A stretch of DNA of 64,000 nt, taken from Steroidobacteraceae bacterium (lineage in GTDB: Bacteria; Pseudomonadota; Gammaproteobacteria; Steroidobacterales; Steroidobacteraceae). Location: the NCBI GenBank assembly GCA_019683695.1, contig JADGHX010000002.1, positions 7,846-71,845 of the forward strand, in the 5' to 3' direction. Below, in pieces: positions 25,763-35,962 of this stretch. Each line of letters opens with the position of its first letter. Within the stretch, counting starts at the first letter, position 1. A program made the translations under genes and the position numbers. The notes beneath the pieces are model-generated. The model was not told the origin of the DNA. It saw nothing but the letters and a program-made list of their open reading frames with translations, and made no database searches.

Positions 25763-26263
25763 TCACGATGTACCGGAAGCCGCGACCACTTCGGGGAAGT
25801 GATCGCCCACGATCAGACGCAACCCGTTCGCAATGCCCTCGCCGAACGGAATGAGCCGCGAGCGTTGCCACCACGTCTCGCTGTCGAGGCGCAGGATCTG
25901 CCCGAGAATGACGAACACGCCGAGCAGCAGCACACCGCGCGCCATCCCGAACACGAATCCCAGAAAACGATCCGTGCCGTTGAACAGGGACAGGCGCACG
26001 AAATGGCTCAACACGGCGGCGACCGCCATGCCGACGAGCAGGACGATGAAGAAGATGATGGAGCGAGCCGCCCACGTGCTCGCCGGGGGCTCCGCGATGA
26101 GCCCGCCCAGATACGGCTCGACCGTATCGGCAAAGTGCCAGGCGAGAAAGAGCGCCAGCACGAGAGTGATCACTGCAATCGCCTCGCGGAGAAATCCGCG
26201 AACGGCGCCGATGATGGACGAGATGACGACGGCGGCGATGACCAGATAATCGGCAAGATTCAT
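25763..26263 (-). CDS. cvpA: colicin V production membrane protein CvpA
   Basis: ATG 26263 gives MNLADYLVIAAVVISSIIGAVRGFLREAIAV..., with 4 TM segments. It lies immediately upstream of purF, as in enterobacteria. Confidence 0.88.
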   Translation of the reverse strand: MNLADYLVIAAVVISSIIGAVRGFLREAIAVITLVLALFLAWHFADTVEPYLGGLIAEPPASTWAARSIIFFIVLLVGMAVAAVLSHFVRLSLFNGTDRFLGFVFGMARGVLLLGVFVILGQILRLDSETWWQRSRLIPFGEGIANGLRLIVGDHFPEVVAASGTS

Positions 26264-26553
26264 CGGGAACAGGCCGAAACAGCGCGGCGTTTCGCGCGGC
26301 GCGGATTGTACAAGAGCCGCCTTCGCCCTGCGCGCAACCTGCACGCGATCTGATCCCTTTACGGCTCGTGTCAGGATGCGAACGGCTGACACTGTAAAGT
26401 GCCGGCGACGTGGCCATGCCGTGAGCGTACGCGAACCGCGCCGTGGAGAGGGCATGAACGCTCAAGAAAGCTCCCCTGCGTGCGCCAGGCACCGCACGGA
26501 CGTGTATCGCATCGTGCGCAGCCGACAGCCGCGACCTCCCGCCCGCAGGTGAC

Positions 26554-27390
26554 TCAGGGATAAGACATGACCGAGCCCCCGGCATGGCCCGCTGCGCGCA
26601 ACTTCGTGCGAAGCGCGTTGGCCGCCTCGCGACTGCGCTCGGGCCCGACCCGCACGCGCCAGTAGTGCTTGCCGCCCTTGCCCGGGGACTCATTGACGAA
26701 CGTTGCAAAGCCTTTGCCTCTGAGCTCACGCGCCAGCCGCTCCGCGTTCTCCCGGCTGGAGAAGCTGCCCACCTGAACCACCCAGCCCGTGCCGGGCTCG
26801 GCTGCCGCGGACGCCGTGCGCGACTCGGAGCGCGCTGCCGGTGCCGCGTTCTTCGGGACCGCAGCTCGTGCCGTTCCGGATTCCGGGGCTTTGGCCTCTG
26901 CACGTGAGCCGCCGGAGGTGGCCGATGCTGCATCCCCTGCCCCGCGCGCCTCACTCGTGGCACTCGCCACCGTGGTCCCGGCGCTGACGGAGGCCACCGC
27001 GTCGGTCCGGCCCTGCGGGCGTGAGGCGTGCTCCGCCTTCGCAACCGCGCGCGTTTCCGCGCCGGGGGCACTCGCCTCGCTCGCCACATCCGCCTGCGGC
27101 GTGCTCGAGGGCTTGAGACCTTCTGGTCCTTCCGGATCCGGCGCAGTACCGCCGGAGTTGGCCCCTTCGGGTGCCGCAACCGGCACGGAAGGCTCCGTGA
27201 TGGCAGCGGTTGCCGGCGTACGCGCCGCACCGTCTTCCGCCAGATCGATCACGTACGACCGCAAGTCGCTGCTGCCGGCACTGTCGGCGGGAGGCACCGG
27301 AGCGGAACGGCCGGGCCCCGTGAGCAGTTCCGGAACGAGCAGCACCAGCGCGGCGACCAGAATGATCGCGCCCGTGAGCCGTTCCTTCAC
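26554..27390 (-). CDS. dedD: SPOR-domain cell-division protein (DedD-like)
   Basis: GTG 27390 gives VKERLTGAIILVAALVLLVPELLTG (TM anchor), then a long Ala/Pro/Ser-rich linker. The C-terminal SPOR domain is GWVVQVGSFSSRENAERLARELRGKGFATFV...YWRVRVGPERSREAANALRTKL. The folC-dedD-cvpA-purF synteny is preserved. Confidence 0.75.
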   Translation of the reverse strand: MKERLTGAIILVAALVLLVPELLTGPGRSAPVPPADSAGSSDLRSYVIDLAEDGAARTPATAAITEPSVPVAAPEGANSGGTAPDPEGPEGLKPSSTPQADVASEASAPGAETRAVAKAEHASRPQGRTDAVASVSAGTTVASATSEARGAGDAASATSGGSRAEAKAPESGTARAAVPKNAAPAARSESRTASAAAEPGTGWVVQVGSFSSRENAERLARELRGKGFATFVNESPGKGGKHYWRVRVGPERSREAANALRTKLRAAGHAGGSVMSYP

Positions 27391-27478
27391 GCGGGGCTCC
27401 GTGATGGGGGCTGAGAGTCGTGAATCAAGCGCACGGTGAAGCTTTGCGGGCTGTGAAGCGCACTCACGCGCGGCCGGT

Positions 27479-28774
27479 TCAGTATATCCGAAGCCATTCC
27501 AGCGCCGACCCCACCATGTGGAAGCCGCCGCACGCCACGACACGATCGCCCGGTACGGCGCGCGCACGCGCCGCCTCGAAGCCTGCCTGCGCGGAGCTCG
27601 CCAACTCGACACTCGCGTTCCCGAGCGCGAGACGCCGCGCCAGCTCCTCCGCGGAGATGCCACGTGGCTCGGCGTTCGAGCAGAGAATCCAGTGATCGAT
27701 CAGGGGGTGCAGCACGCGGCCGATCGCCGGGATGTCCTTGTCGCCCAGAATGCCAACAACCGCGAGGGTTCTGCCCGAGCACGGCCGCGCGGCCAGATGG
27801 GCCGCAAACACCTTGGCGGCGGGCTCGTTGTGGCACACGTCCAGAATCCATTCGACAGGGCCGGGCACCACATGAAAGCGGCCCGGAAGTCTCACGTCGC
27901 GTAGCGCGGCGCTCACGGCCTGCGCGGTGATCGGCCGGCCAGTGCCGAGGCTTTCCACGGCCGCAATCGCCGTTGCGGCGTTCCGATACTGAATGGCGCC
28001 CGCGAGCGCCGACGGCGGCAACCCTTCGAGCGTGACTTCAAGCCCGCGATAGTCCCACCCTTGCGGGTGCACCGCCCAGGAGAATGCCTCTTCCGCAACG
28101 ACCTTTCGGGCGCCAATTTCGGCAATCGCATCGAGCACGGAGTCCGGCATTTCACGCGTGCCGAGCACGGCCGGGCGGCCCGCGCGGAAGATGCCGGCCT
28201 TCTCGCGCCCGATGCCCTCGAGCGTGTCGCCCAGCCAGTCGCGGTGATCGAGCCCGATGGAGGTAACCACGGCCACATCCGCATCGATCATATTCACCGC
28301 ATCCAGCCGCCCGCCGAGCCCCACTTCGAGCACCGCCACATCGACGCGGCGATCCGCGAAGATGAGCAAGGCCGCCAGGGCACTGAACTCGAAGTACGTG
28401 AGCGTGGTATCACCGCGTGCCGCTTCGATGCGGTCGAACGCGTGGACGAGATCCTCATCCGACACCTGCGCGCCGTTCACGCAGATGCGCTCGTTGTACC
28501 GAACGAGATGTGGCGACGTGAACACGCCGGTGGAGAAGCCCATCGCTCGCAGCAGTGCGTCCGAATGCGCAACAACCGAACCCTTGCCGTTCGTGCCACC
28601 CACGGTGATGACGGGGCAGCGCGCCTTGTCCACACCGAGCGCGCGCGCCACCTTCGTGATGCGCGCGAGACCCAGGTCGATGCTTTGCGGATGCACCGAT
28701 TGCTGCAACTCGAGCCATTCGTCGAGTGTGCGATGCGTGCGATTGCTCATGGAAATATCGGGAGCGGCGGTCAC
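27479..28774 (-). CDS. folC: bifunctional folylpolyglutamate synthase / dihydrofolate synthase
   Basis: The P-loop is ITVGGTNGKGS, followed by FTSPHLVRYNERI, YFEFSALAALLIF, LEVGLGGRLDAVN and GIDHRDWLGDTLE. The start is ATG 28774 or 28750. Confidence 0.92.
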   Translation of the reverse strand: MTAAPDISMSNRTHRTLDEWLELQQSVHPQSIDLGLARITKVARALGVDKARCPVITVGGTNGKGSVVAHSDALLRAMGFSTGVFTSPHLVRYNERICVNGAQVSDEDLVHAFDRIEAARGDTTLTYFEFSALAALLIFADRRVDVAVLEVGLGGRLDAVNMIDADVAVVTSIGLDHRDWLGDTLEGIGREKAGIFRAGRPAVLGTREMPDSVLDAIAEIGARKVVAEEAFSWAVHPQGWDYRGLEVTLEGLPPSALAGAIQYRNAATAIAAVESLGTGRPITAQAVSAALRDVRLPGRFHVVPGPVEWILDVCHNEPAAKVFAAHLAARPCSGRTLAVVGILGDKDIPAIGRVLHPLIDHWILCSNAEPRGISAEELARRLALGNASVELASSAQAGFEAARARAVPGDRVVACGGFHMVGSALEWLRIY

Positions 28775-28880
28775 GTCCCTGGCGCGAATCGCATGCGGCG
28801 ATTCGTTTCACCCAAAGCTCGTTTCCGCCGGGGCAGGTTGCGCCCCTGCCCGGCGTGGCTAACGGACGTGTGCGGCCCGG

Positions 28881-29774
28881 TCATGCCGCCGAGGGCTTGC
28901 TCGGCGCGGCGGCGGGCGGCGCGGGCGGCAGCTTCATGAGAATGCGCAACATGGCCGTGAGGCGATCGCGCATCTCGCGCCGATCCACGATCATGTCCAG
29001 CGCGCCGTGCTCCAGCAGGAACTCACTGCGCTGGAAGCCTTCCGGCAACGTCTCGCGCACGGTCTGCTGAATGACTCTCGGGCCGGCAAAGCCGATGAGC
29101 GCACGCGGCTCGGCGATGTTCAGGTCCCCGAGCATGGCGAGGCTCGCCGAGACACCACCCGTGGTCGGGTCTGTCATCACGGAGATGAACGGCACGTGGG
29201 CCTGGGCCAGACGCGCGAGCGCCGCGCTGGTCTTGGCCATCTGCATGAGCGAGAACAACGCCTCCTGCATGCGCGCGCCACCCGTGGCCGAGAAGCAGAT
29301 CAGCGGTTGCCGATGCTCGATGCAGTAATCCACCGCGCGCTTGAAGCGCTCGCCGACCACTGAGCCCATCGACCCGCCCAGAAAGCGGAACTCGAACGCG
29401 CACGCCACCAGGTCGAGCCCGTTCACCTTGCCGGCCAGCACGACCAGCGCGTCTTTCTCGCCCGTGGCCTTCTGCGCCTGGGCAAGACGGTCCTTGTACC
29501 GCTTGCTGTCGCGGAACTTGAGCGGATCTTCCGGCGTGATGTTCGCACCGATCTCGACGCCGGTGCCCTTGTCCAGGAAGCTCTCCAGCCGCTCGCGCGC
29601 GCCGATGCGCATGTGATGGCTGCACTTGGGGCACACATAGAGATTGCGTTCCAGCTCCGCGCGGTACAGCACGGCATCGCAAGCCGGACACTTGATCCAC
29701 AAGCCTTCGGGGACCGAGCGCGTGCGGCGCTCCGTCTTGATGCGCGAAGGCATGATTTTCTCGAACCAGGACAT
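28881..29774 (-). CDS. accD: acetyl-CoA carboxylase carboxyltransferase subunit beta
   Basis: ATG 29774 gives [15 protein letters not shown]...[31 protein letters not shown] (zinc ribbon), followed by [12 protein letters not shown] and GGARMQE. Confidence 0.95.
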   Translation of the reverse strand: MSWFEKIMPSRIKTERRTRSVPEGLWIKCPACDAVLYRAELERNLYVCPKCSHHMRIGARERLESFLDKGTGVEIGANITPEDPLKFRDSKRYKDRLAQAQKATGEKDALVVLAGKVNGLDLVACAFEFRFLGGSMGSVVGERFKRAVDYCIEHRQPLICFSATGGARMQEALFSLMQMAKTSAALARLAQAHVPFISVMTDPTTGGVSASLAMLGDLNIAEPRALIGFAGPRVIQQTVRETLPEGFQRSEFLLEHGALDMIVDRREMRDRLTAMLRILMKLPPAPPAAAPSKPSAA

Positions 29775-29776
29775 CC

Positions 29777-30580
29777 TCAGACCCGTGCACCGAACGGAGG
29801 CGCGATCATAGCGGAGCGGGCCGTCTGCGGCAGCCCGAACGCATCGGGGTACTGGACGCTCCACAGGTACAGCCCCTCGGGCGGGGCGGTGACCCCGGCG
29901 CGCGTCCGGTCGCGTGACTCGAGCACCTCGCGCGCCCACTCGGGCCGCTCGTCGCCGCGACCGATGGCCAGCAGCGTGCCCACGAAGTTTCGCACCATGT
30001 GGTGGAGAAACGCATTCGCGGTCACTTCGACCATGATCCAGTCGCCGTCCCGCTCCACCTCGAGCCGAGCCACCCGGCGCACCGTGGAATGCGCCTGACA
30101 CTCGGAGGAGCGGAAGGCACTGAAGTCGTGCTCGCCCACCAGCCACGCCGCACCTTCACGCATGCGCTCGTGATCCAGGCTGCGCCGGATATGTGCCGCA
30201 CGCTTCTCGGTCAGCGCGGAGCGCACCATGCGATTGAAGATGTAGTACCGGTACGTGCGCCATTCAGCCGAATAGCGCGCGTGGAAGTGAGCAGGCACCG
30301 GCACGATCCAGCTGACGCTGATGTCGCGCGGAAGATTCGTGTTCGCGCCGAGCAGCCACCCACGAAGCGGCCTGACGGCATCGGTATCGAAGTGTGCAAC
30401 CTGCTCGCGCGCATGCACTCCGGCATCCGTGCGGCCCGCGCACACGAGCGTGATCGGGGCGCTGGCAATGCGGCCAAACGCCTCTTCCGCGAGCTGCTGG
30501 ATGCTGGGTGCATGAGACTGGGACTGCCAGCCGGCATAGGCAGTCCCGTCGTACTCGATGCCAATGGCGAAGCGTGTCAG
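29777..30580 (-). CDS. truA: tRNA pseudouridine(38-40) synthase; apparent non-canonical (CTG/ATT) start
   Basis: The conserved N-terminal block (L)[56 protein letters not shown] lies upstream of the first GTG (30445) used by the track. Between the in-frame TGA and that GTG there is no ATG, GTG or TTG. CTG at 30580 is 8 nt after the fimV stop. Confidence 0.8.
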   Translation of the reverse strand: MTRFAIGIEYDGTAYAGWQSQSHAPSIQQLAEEAFGRIASAPITLVCAGRTDAGVHAREQVAHFDTDAVRPLRGWLLGANTNLPRDISVSWIVPVPAHFHARYSAEWRTYRYYIFNRMVRSALTEKRAAHIRRSLDHERMREGAAWLVGEHDFSAFRSSECQAHSTVRRVARLEVERDGDWIMVEVTANAFLHHMVRNFVGTLLAIGRGDERPEWAREVLESRDRTRAGVTAPPEGLYLWSVQYPDAFGLPQTARSAMIAPPFGARV

Positions 30581-30588
30581 ATCGGCGT

Positions 30589-33558
30589 TTACCCGGGCAG
30601 GGATTCGAGCAGGCGCTGCGCTTCCTGCTTCTGCGCCACGGAGCCTTCCTGCATCACTTCTTCAAGAATGTTTCGCGCGCCTTCCGGATCGCCCATGTCC
30701 ATGTACGCGCGGGCGAGGTCGAGCTTCGTGCCCACTTCGCTCATCGTGACGGGCTCGAGATCCGGCAGCGCCAGATCGTCCGCCGACAGCTGCTGCGTGC
30801 TGGTGAACGCCGCGTCCGGAACGGTTGCAGTGCCCACGTCGAGATCGACGGCGGCGCCCGACCCGTTGGTCATTCTCGCGGCGCCCTCGGCCTCGTTGAA
30901 GTTGAAGTCGAGATCGCTGCCGACTTCGAGACGCGAGGTTTCCGCACCATCCGCCGCGGCAGCACCCGCGCCGCTGCCGTTCAGGCCGACGCGTGTCGGC
31001 GGCATCGTCGGGTCGAGGTCATCCGACGAGAGATTCCAGGACCCGGTCGCGGAGATGGCGGTGGCGTCGATGTCCTTGAAGCCGGCGCGGCGCTCGGCCT
31101 CGTCCATGATGCGGCGTGAGCGTTCATCGAGACCCGCCACGAGGGTGGGCGACTCCTGTGTCGCCGCGAGGCTCGGCTGATCCATGGTGTCGAGCGCGGA
31201 CAGATCGAGGCCCAGATCGTCGATGGCCAGCTCGGCGGTCGGCTCCGGCGCGCCGCTGTGCTTCAGGGCCGTCTCGAGCTTCTGCCGCACCGTGGGGTTG
31301 TTCCCGCCGTAGAGCGCGGGCTGCTCCACCGTGGGCGCTTCGATATCGGCGCCGAACACGGCGACGGTGGGCGAGTTGTCGCTCGGGAGCTTCTGCGTCA
31401 TCTCACGCGTGGTGCCCGTGCCGCCGTCGGGCAGGAACGCGTCCTCGTGCAGCGCGAGGTTGTGATCCGTGGCGGTCTGGGAGTCGCGGTCCGGCTCCTT
31501 CTCGCCGAGCGCGGAGCCGATGTCGAGGTCGATGGCGCCCGCATCCGCGGCACCACCTTCGGCCGCCAGATCGAAATCCACGCGGCTCTGACCGCCTTCG
31601 AGATCCAGATCGACACCGCCCAGCGAGCCGCCGCCGCTGCCCGCGAACAGCGGGTCCTCGGGCGCGAGCTGCTTGCCCATGATGACGATCTTTTCCCACT
31701 CACCGGACTGCGCTTCGTCGCGCGTCTCGGCGAGCCCACGCGCGGTCTGCAGGAACTGCTCCTTGTTGCCCCACACGAAGAAGACTTCGAGGAGCTTCAG
31801 TTTCAGATCCCGCCGGTGCGGCTCGCGCGAGATGGCGATGCGCACCAGATCCGCGGCCTGATCGTACAGACCGTAGGCCATGTGGAAATCGGCCTCGGCC
31901 AGCGGATCGCCCTGATCCAGATTGATCGCGGCTTCGCTGCTGATGGTTTCGTCCGCGGGCACATGGCGCGCAGCCGGCACCGCCGCTTCGCCCGCGAAGC
32001 GCGGACGCTCGTGAGTGCCGGTTTCCTCAACCACGAACGCTTCATCGCGATCCGGCGCACGCAGCGGCTGCGTGTCGCCCGAAGGTTCGTGCGCAAACGC
32101 GTCCGCGCTGCCCGCCTGCAGGCGGCTCAGGGAATTATCGAACTCATTGCGCTGGCGCGCGCGGTACGCGCGCAGACCCAGCAGCGCGAGCAACGCCACG
32201 ATGACCGCCAGTGCGGCCCACCAGTAGCTCGCGAGCGTATCGAACAGAGAACCTTCTTCTTCCTCCGCCGGCGGCGTAGAGGCCGGACGCTGCGCGGGAG
32301 CGGGCGCCGGCTCGGCCTGCGCCGCCTGCTCTTCGGCGGCGGCTGCCCCTTCTGCGGCTGCTGCGGGCTGCTCTTCTTCCGCGATGGCGGCAGCAGGCTG
32401 TTCGGACTGTTCCGAAGGCGGCGTCGCCTCCGGAGCATCGGACGGAATCTCGGTTTCGAGAGGTGCTGCGGGTGTGGCTTCTGCTGCCGGAGCAGCGGGT
32501 GCCTGTGCACCAGACTGCGCGGCGAGGCGCGCCTGCAGCTGAGCGACTTCTGCGTTACGCAGCTCCAGCAGTCGCCGGGATTCGGCGAGCTGCGCTTCGA
32601 GCTCGCGCACGCGACTCTGCAGTTGCTCGGTTTGCGCGCTGGCCGTTGCCGTGCTCGCGCCGCCTCCGCCCTGATCCGTGGGCGTGACGAGACGCAGGCG
32701 CCCGGGCTCTTCTGCGGAGCGCGCGTTGGCCGCCGTGCTGCCGCGCCACGCGGCGTACTGGCGACGGATCTCCGCCGACGCTTCGGCGGGGGAGATCGCG
32801 GCCACGACCGAATTGTCCGGGATGCGCAGCACCGCACCCGAACGCAGGATGTTCATGTTCCCGTCGAATGCGGCGGGGTTGTTCTGATAGATGGCGAGCA
32901 TCCACGCACGCGTCTGCGCGGAATCCCCGCCCGCAATCGCGCTGGCGATCTCGGAGAGCGTGTCGCCCGGACGCACCGTGCGCGAAGAGCCCGCCGCGGA
33001 TGCCGAGGGCTCTGCACGGGCGGGCGATTCAGAAGGCGTTGCAGCCGGTGCCGGCGTTTCGCGCTGCTGCTGCGGCGGCGTGCGAGCGATCTGGCCAGCA
33101 CGGGTGCCCTCGCCGACCGACGGTGCGGCGACAGGTGCGGCGGCCTGCTGCTGCGCCGGCGCGTACACCGGCGGGTCGAGCAGCATGGTGTACTCGCGCA
33201 CGAGCCGACCTCGCGCCCAGTTCACTTCGACGAGCAGCGTGAGGAAGGGCTCCGTGATCGTTTCGGCGGTGCGCAGGCGAATGACTTCCGTGCCATCCGG
33301 CTTGCGGACAGGCGTCAGGGTGACCGTGCCGAGTTGCGCGGGCCAGTCGAGCCCGTAGCGCGCGAAGGTCTCGCGGGAAGCGATCTGCGCCTTGAGGGTC
33401 TGCATCTCCTCCGGCGTGGCACCGATCAGCTCGATCTCCGCATCGAGGGGGGCATTGAGCGAGGAGAGAAGACGCACCTCTCCCAGGCCGAGCGCGAAGG
33501 CGGCCGGCGGAAATACGACGAGCGAGGCCAGCGCCCACTTGACCGATTTGGCGACCAT
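30589..33558 (-). CDS. fimV: FimV/HubP-family polar pilus-assembly/landmark protein
   Basis: A signal sequence is followed by the N-terminal LGEVRLLSSLNAPLDAEIEL...REYTMLLDPP domain and a LysM-like motif (VRPGDTLSEIAS...ILRSGAVLRIP). Then come a central TM (YWWAALAVIVALLALLGL), an acidic repeat-rich cytoplasmic part and the FimV C-terminal motif TKLDLARAYMDMGDPEGARNILEEV. ATG 33558 is the start (the track starts at GTG 33564). Confidence 0.9.
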   Translation of the reverse strand: MVAKSVKWALASLVVFPPAAFALGLGEVRLLSSLNAPLDAEIELIGATPEEMQTLKAQIASRETFARYGLDWPAQLGTVTLTPVRKPDGTEVIRLRTAETITEPFLTLLVEVNWARGRLVREYTMLLDPPVYAPAQQQAAAPVAAPSVGEGTRAGQIARTPPQQQRETPAPAATPSESPARAEPSASAAGSSRTVRPGDTLSEIASAIAGGDSAQTRAWMLAIYQNNPAAFDGNMNILRSGAVLRIPDNSVVAAISPAEASAEIRRQYAAWRGSTAANARSAEEPGRLRLVTPTDQGGGGASTATASAQTEQLQSRVRELEAQLAESRRLLELRNAEVAQLQARLAAQSGAQAPAAPAAEATPAAPLETEIPSDAPEATPPSEQSEQPAAAIAEEEQPAAAAEGAAAAEEQAAQAEPAPAPAQRPASTPPAEEEEGSLFDTLASYWWAALAVIVALLALLGLRAYRARQRNEFDNSLSRLQAGSADAFAHEPSGDTQPLRAPDRDEAFVVEETGTHERPRFAGEAAVPAARHVPADETISSEAAINLDQGDPLAEADFHMAYGLYDQAADLVRIAISREPHRRDLKLKLLEVFFVWGNKEQFLQTARGLAETRDEAQSGEWEKIVIMGKQLAPEDPLFAGSGGGSLGGVDLDLEGGQSRVDFDLAAEGGAADAGAIDLDIGSALGEKEPDRDSQTATDHNLALHEDAFLPDGGTGTTREMTQKLPSDNSPTVAVFGADIEAPTVEQPALYGGNNPTVRQKLETALKHSGAPEPTAELAIDDLGLDLSALDTMDQPSLAATQESPTLVAGLDERSRRIMDEAERRAGFKDIDATAISATGSWNLSSDDLDPTMPPTRVGLNGSGAGAAAADGAETSRLEVGSDLDFNFNEAEGAARMTNGSGAAVDLDVGTATVPDAAFTSTQQLSADDLALPDLEPVTMSEVGTKLDLARAYMDMGDPEGARNILEEVMQEGSVAQKQEAQRLLESLPG

Positions 33559-33593
33559 CAGCACACCCCGTGGGGCAAGAGACTCTTAGAAAG

Positions 33594-33624
33594 TCTTTTA
33601 AAAACAAATGCGTGGATCGCATTT
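33594..33624 (-). terminator. candidate intrinsic terminator after asd
   Basis: The minus strand reads AAATGCG-atcca-CGCATTT followed by GTTTTTAAAAGA. The 7-bp stem is at 33606-33612/33618-33624 and the U-tract at 33594-33605. This is the most AT-rich spot in the window. Confidence 0.45.
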
Positions 33625-33658
33625 CGCGAGGCCACGCAAATTTGGGCGGCAATATAAC

Positions 33659-34684
33659 TTAAATATGCTCGCGCACCAAAGCTTCCGCGATCTGCACGCT
33701 GTTCGTGGCGGCACCCTTGCGAATGTTGTCCGCGACCACCCATAGATTAAGTCCATGCCTGGTGGAAATATCTTCACGGATTCTTCCGACATAAACTGTG
33801 TCGCGGTTCGCTGCCTCGGTAGCCGCGGTCGGATACCCGCCCGGCCGGCGCTCATCGATCACTTCCACACCCGGTGCCTTGCGCAGCAGCGCGCGCGCCT
33901 CGGCGGCGGTGATCTTGCGCCGCGTCTCCAGGTGAATCGCCTCGGAGTGCCCGAAGAACACGGGCACCCGAACTGTGGTCGGGTTCACACGAATGCTGTC
34001 GTCCTCCATGATCTTGTGCGTTTCCCAGACCATCTTCATTTCTTCCCGGGTGTAGCCGTTGTCCTGGAAGGCGTCGATCTGCGGCAGGCAGTTGAACGCG
34101 ATCTGCTTGGGCATCACCCGCGGCTTCACCTGGCCGTGCCCGCTCAGCAGCGCCGCACTCTGGCTGGCGAGCTCCTCCACCGCCTGCCGCCCGGCGCCTG
34201 ATACGGACTGATACGTCGCCACGTTGATGCGCTCGATACCCACCGCGTCGTGAATGGGCTTGAGCGCCACCAGCATCTGGATCGTGGAGCAGTTCGGATT
34301 GGCGATGATGTTCCGCGCCTTGTACTGCGCGATCGCATGCGGGTTCACTTCAGGCACCACGAGCGGAACATCATTCTCGTAGCGGAACTGGGACGTGTTG
34401 TCGATCACGATGCAGCCCGCGGCCGCGGCGCGCGGCGCGTGCTCCCGTGACACCTCACTGCCCGCGGAAAAGAGTGCGATCTGCACCTTGCTGAAATCGA
34501 AGGTCGCAAGATCGCCCACGGGGAGCGTCTTGCTACGAAAGGTAACGGACTTTCCGAGCGAGCGGTGGCTTGCGAGCGGATACAGCTCGGACACCGGGAA
34601 GTTGCGCTCCTCGAGCACATTGACCATGGCCTCGCCGACGAGCCCGGTCGCTCCGACGACGGCGACTGCGAAAGTTTCGGACAT
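33659..34684 (-). CDS. asd: aspartate-semialdehyde dehydrogenase
   Basis: VAVVGATGLVGEAM is the NAD-binding motif, IANPNCSTIQMLVAL holds the active-site Cys, and SVSGAG and HSEA are also present. Confidence 0.95.
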   Translation of the reverse strand: MSETFAVAVVGATGLVGEAMVNVLEERNFPVSELYPLASHRSLGKSVTFRSKTLPVGDLATFDFSKVQIALFSAGSEVSREHAPRAAAAGCIVIDNTSQFRYENDVPLVVPEVNPHAIAQYKARNIIANPNCSTIQMLVALKPIHDAVGIERINVATYQSVSGAGRQAVEELASQSAALLSGHGQVKPRVMPKQIAFNCLPQIDAFQDNGYTREEMKMVWETHKIMEDDSIRVNPTTVRVPVFFGHSEAIHLETRRKITAAEARALLRKAPGVEVIDERRPGGYPTAATEAANRDTVYVGRIREDISTRHGLNLWVVADNIRKGAATNSVQIAEALVREHI

Positions 34685-34717
34685 CGGGTGGTCCTTGCGC
34701 GAAAGAAGAATCCGGGT

Positions 34718-35809
34718 TCAACGGGTGATCACGGGCGTGGACGAGACCACGTCCGCGTTCTGCGCACGATGGCGCAGATAGTGATCCATGAGCACGATGG
34801 CGAGCATCGCTTCGGCAATGGGTGTGGCACGGAGGCCCACGCACGGGTCGTGCCGTCCGGTGGTGACGACCTGCACGGGGTCGCCCTGGAGATTGATGGT
34901 GTCGCCGGGCACCTGAATGCTGGACGTGGGCTTCAGCGACACGTGCACGACGATGTCCTGGCCTGAGGAAATGCCACCGAGAATGCCCCCGGCGTTGTTG
35001 CGCCTGAAGCCCTGAGGAGTGAGCTCGTCGCGGTGCTCGCTGCCCTTCTGCTCCACGGCGTGCGTGCCCGCGCCGATCTCGACGGCCTTCACGGCATTGA
35101 TGCCCATCATGGCGTGCGCAATGTCCGCATCCAGGCGGTCGAAGACGGGCTCGCCCAGCCCCGGCGGCACGCCGGTGGCAATCACCGTGACGCGCGCACC
35201 GATCGAATCCCCCTCTTCGCGGATCTTCCAGATGAGCGCCTCGAGCTCCGCCACGCGCGCAGGGTCCGGACAGAAGAAGGGATTCTCGTAGGCGAAGGCA
35301 GGCTGCACCGGATCGAGCGTGAGCGAGCCGATCTTGCTCAGATAGCCGTGAATGCGAATGCCGAGCCGCTCGGCCAGATACTTCCGCGCGATGGCCCCCG
35401 CGGCAACGCGCATGACGGTTTCGCGCGCGGAGGAGCGGCCGCCGCCGCGGTAGTCGCGAAAGCCGTACTTCTGCTGATACGTGTAGTCCGCGTGCCCGGG
35501 CCGGAAGCGATCCTTGATCTTGTCGTAGTCGCGCGAGCGCGCATCCGTGTTTTCAATGAGGATGCCGATGGGGGTGCCGGTCGTCTTGCCCTCGAACACC
35601 CCGGACAGGATGCGCACCTGATCGGATTCGCGGCGCTGGCTCACGAAGTGGGAAGTGCCGGTACGCCGGCGATTCACGTCGCCCTGCAGGTCCGCTTCGC
35701 TCAGCGCGAGCCCCGGCGGGCAGCCATCGACGATGCAGCCCAGCGCAGGCCCGTGGCTTTCGCCAAAGGTCGTCACGGTGAAGAGCTTGCCGATCGTGTT
35801 GCCCGACAT
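34718..35809 (-). CDS. aroC: chorismate synthase
   Basis: [52 protein letters not shown] and GRHDPCV are seen. Confidence 0.95.
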   Translation of the reverse strand: MSGNTIGKLFTVTTFGESHGPALGCIVDGCPPGLALSEADLQGDVNRRRTGTSHFVSQRRESDQVRILSGVFEGKTTGTPIGILIENTDARSRDYDKIKDRFRPGHADYTYQQKYGFRDYRGGGRSSARETVMRVAAGAIARKYLAERLGIRIHGYLSKIGSLTLDPVQPAFAYENPFFCPDPARVAELEALIWKIREEGDSIGARVTVIATGVPPGLGEPVFDRLDADIAHAMMGINAVKAVEIGAGTHAVEQKGSEHRDELTPQGFRRNNAGGILGGISSGQDIVVHVSLKPTSSIQVPGDTINLQGDPVQVVTTGRHDPCVGLRATPIAEAMLAIVLMDHYLRHRAQNADVVSSTPVITR

Positions 35810-35962
35810 GATGAACCTGTGCGTTGCCCAGCCTGAATTCCCGATACCTTGTCACTCACCCGCGGCGCTGGCGCATCGTAGCCTGCGGTCGCTTGTTGCC
35901 GCTCGCCTGAAGTGGCGTTTGCGCCCGCCCCGATGCCACCCGCCACTGCGCGCGAGCGTTCA

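Noticed and set aside
26264-26553. A 290-bp spacer between dedD-like and cvpA with the inverted repeat GTGTCAG-n11-CTGACAC (26368-26392), considered as a PurR-type operator or attenuator for cvpA-purF.
   Set aside because: The repeat does not resemble the PurR box as I remember it (ACGCAAACGTTTGCGT). The loop is long and no U-tract follows, so a chance palindrome cannot be excluded.
31258-33657. Very long ORFs on the strand opposite to real genes: 31258..33657 + (799 aa), 41898..44144 - (748 aa), 52199..54202 + (667 aa), 50337..52169 + (610 aa), 23952..25802 +, 142..1353 +, and the upstream part of 18051..20063 +.
   Set aside because: Their translations are Arg/Ala/Gly/His-rich with no recognisable motifs. 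Each lies exactly antisense to a gene with strong family signatures (fimV, fimX-like, the Fe-S protein, parE, purF, tig, gltX). Such shadow ORFs are expected in GC-rich DNA because stop codons are rare.
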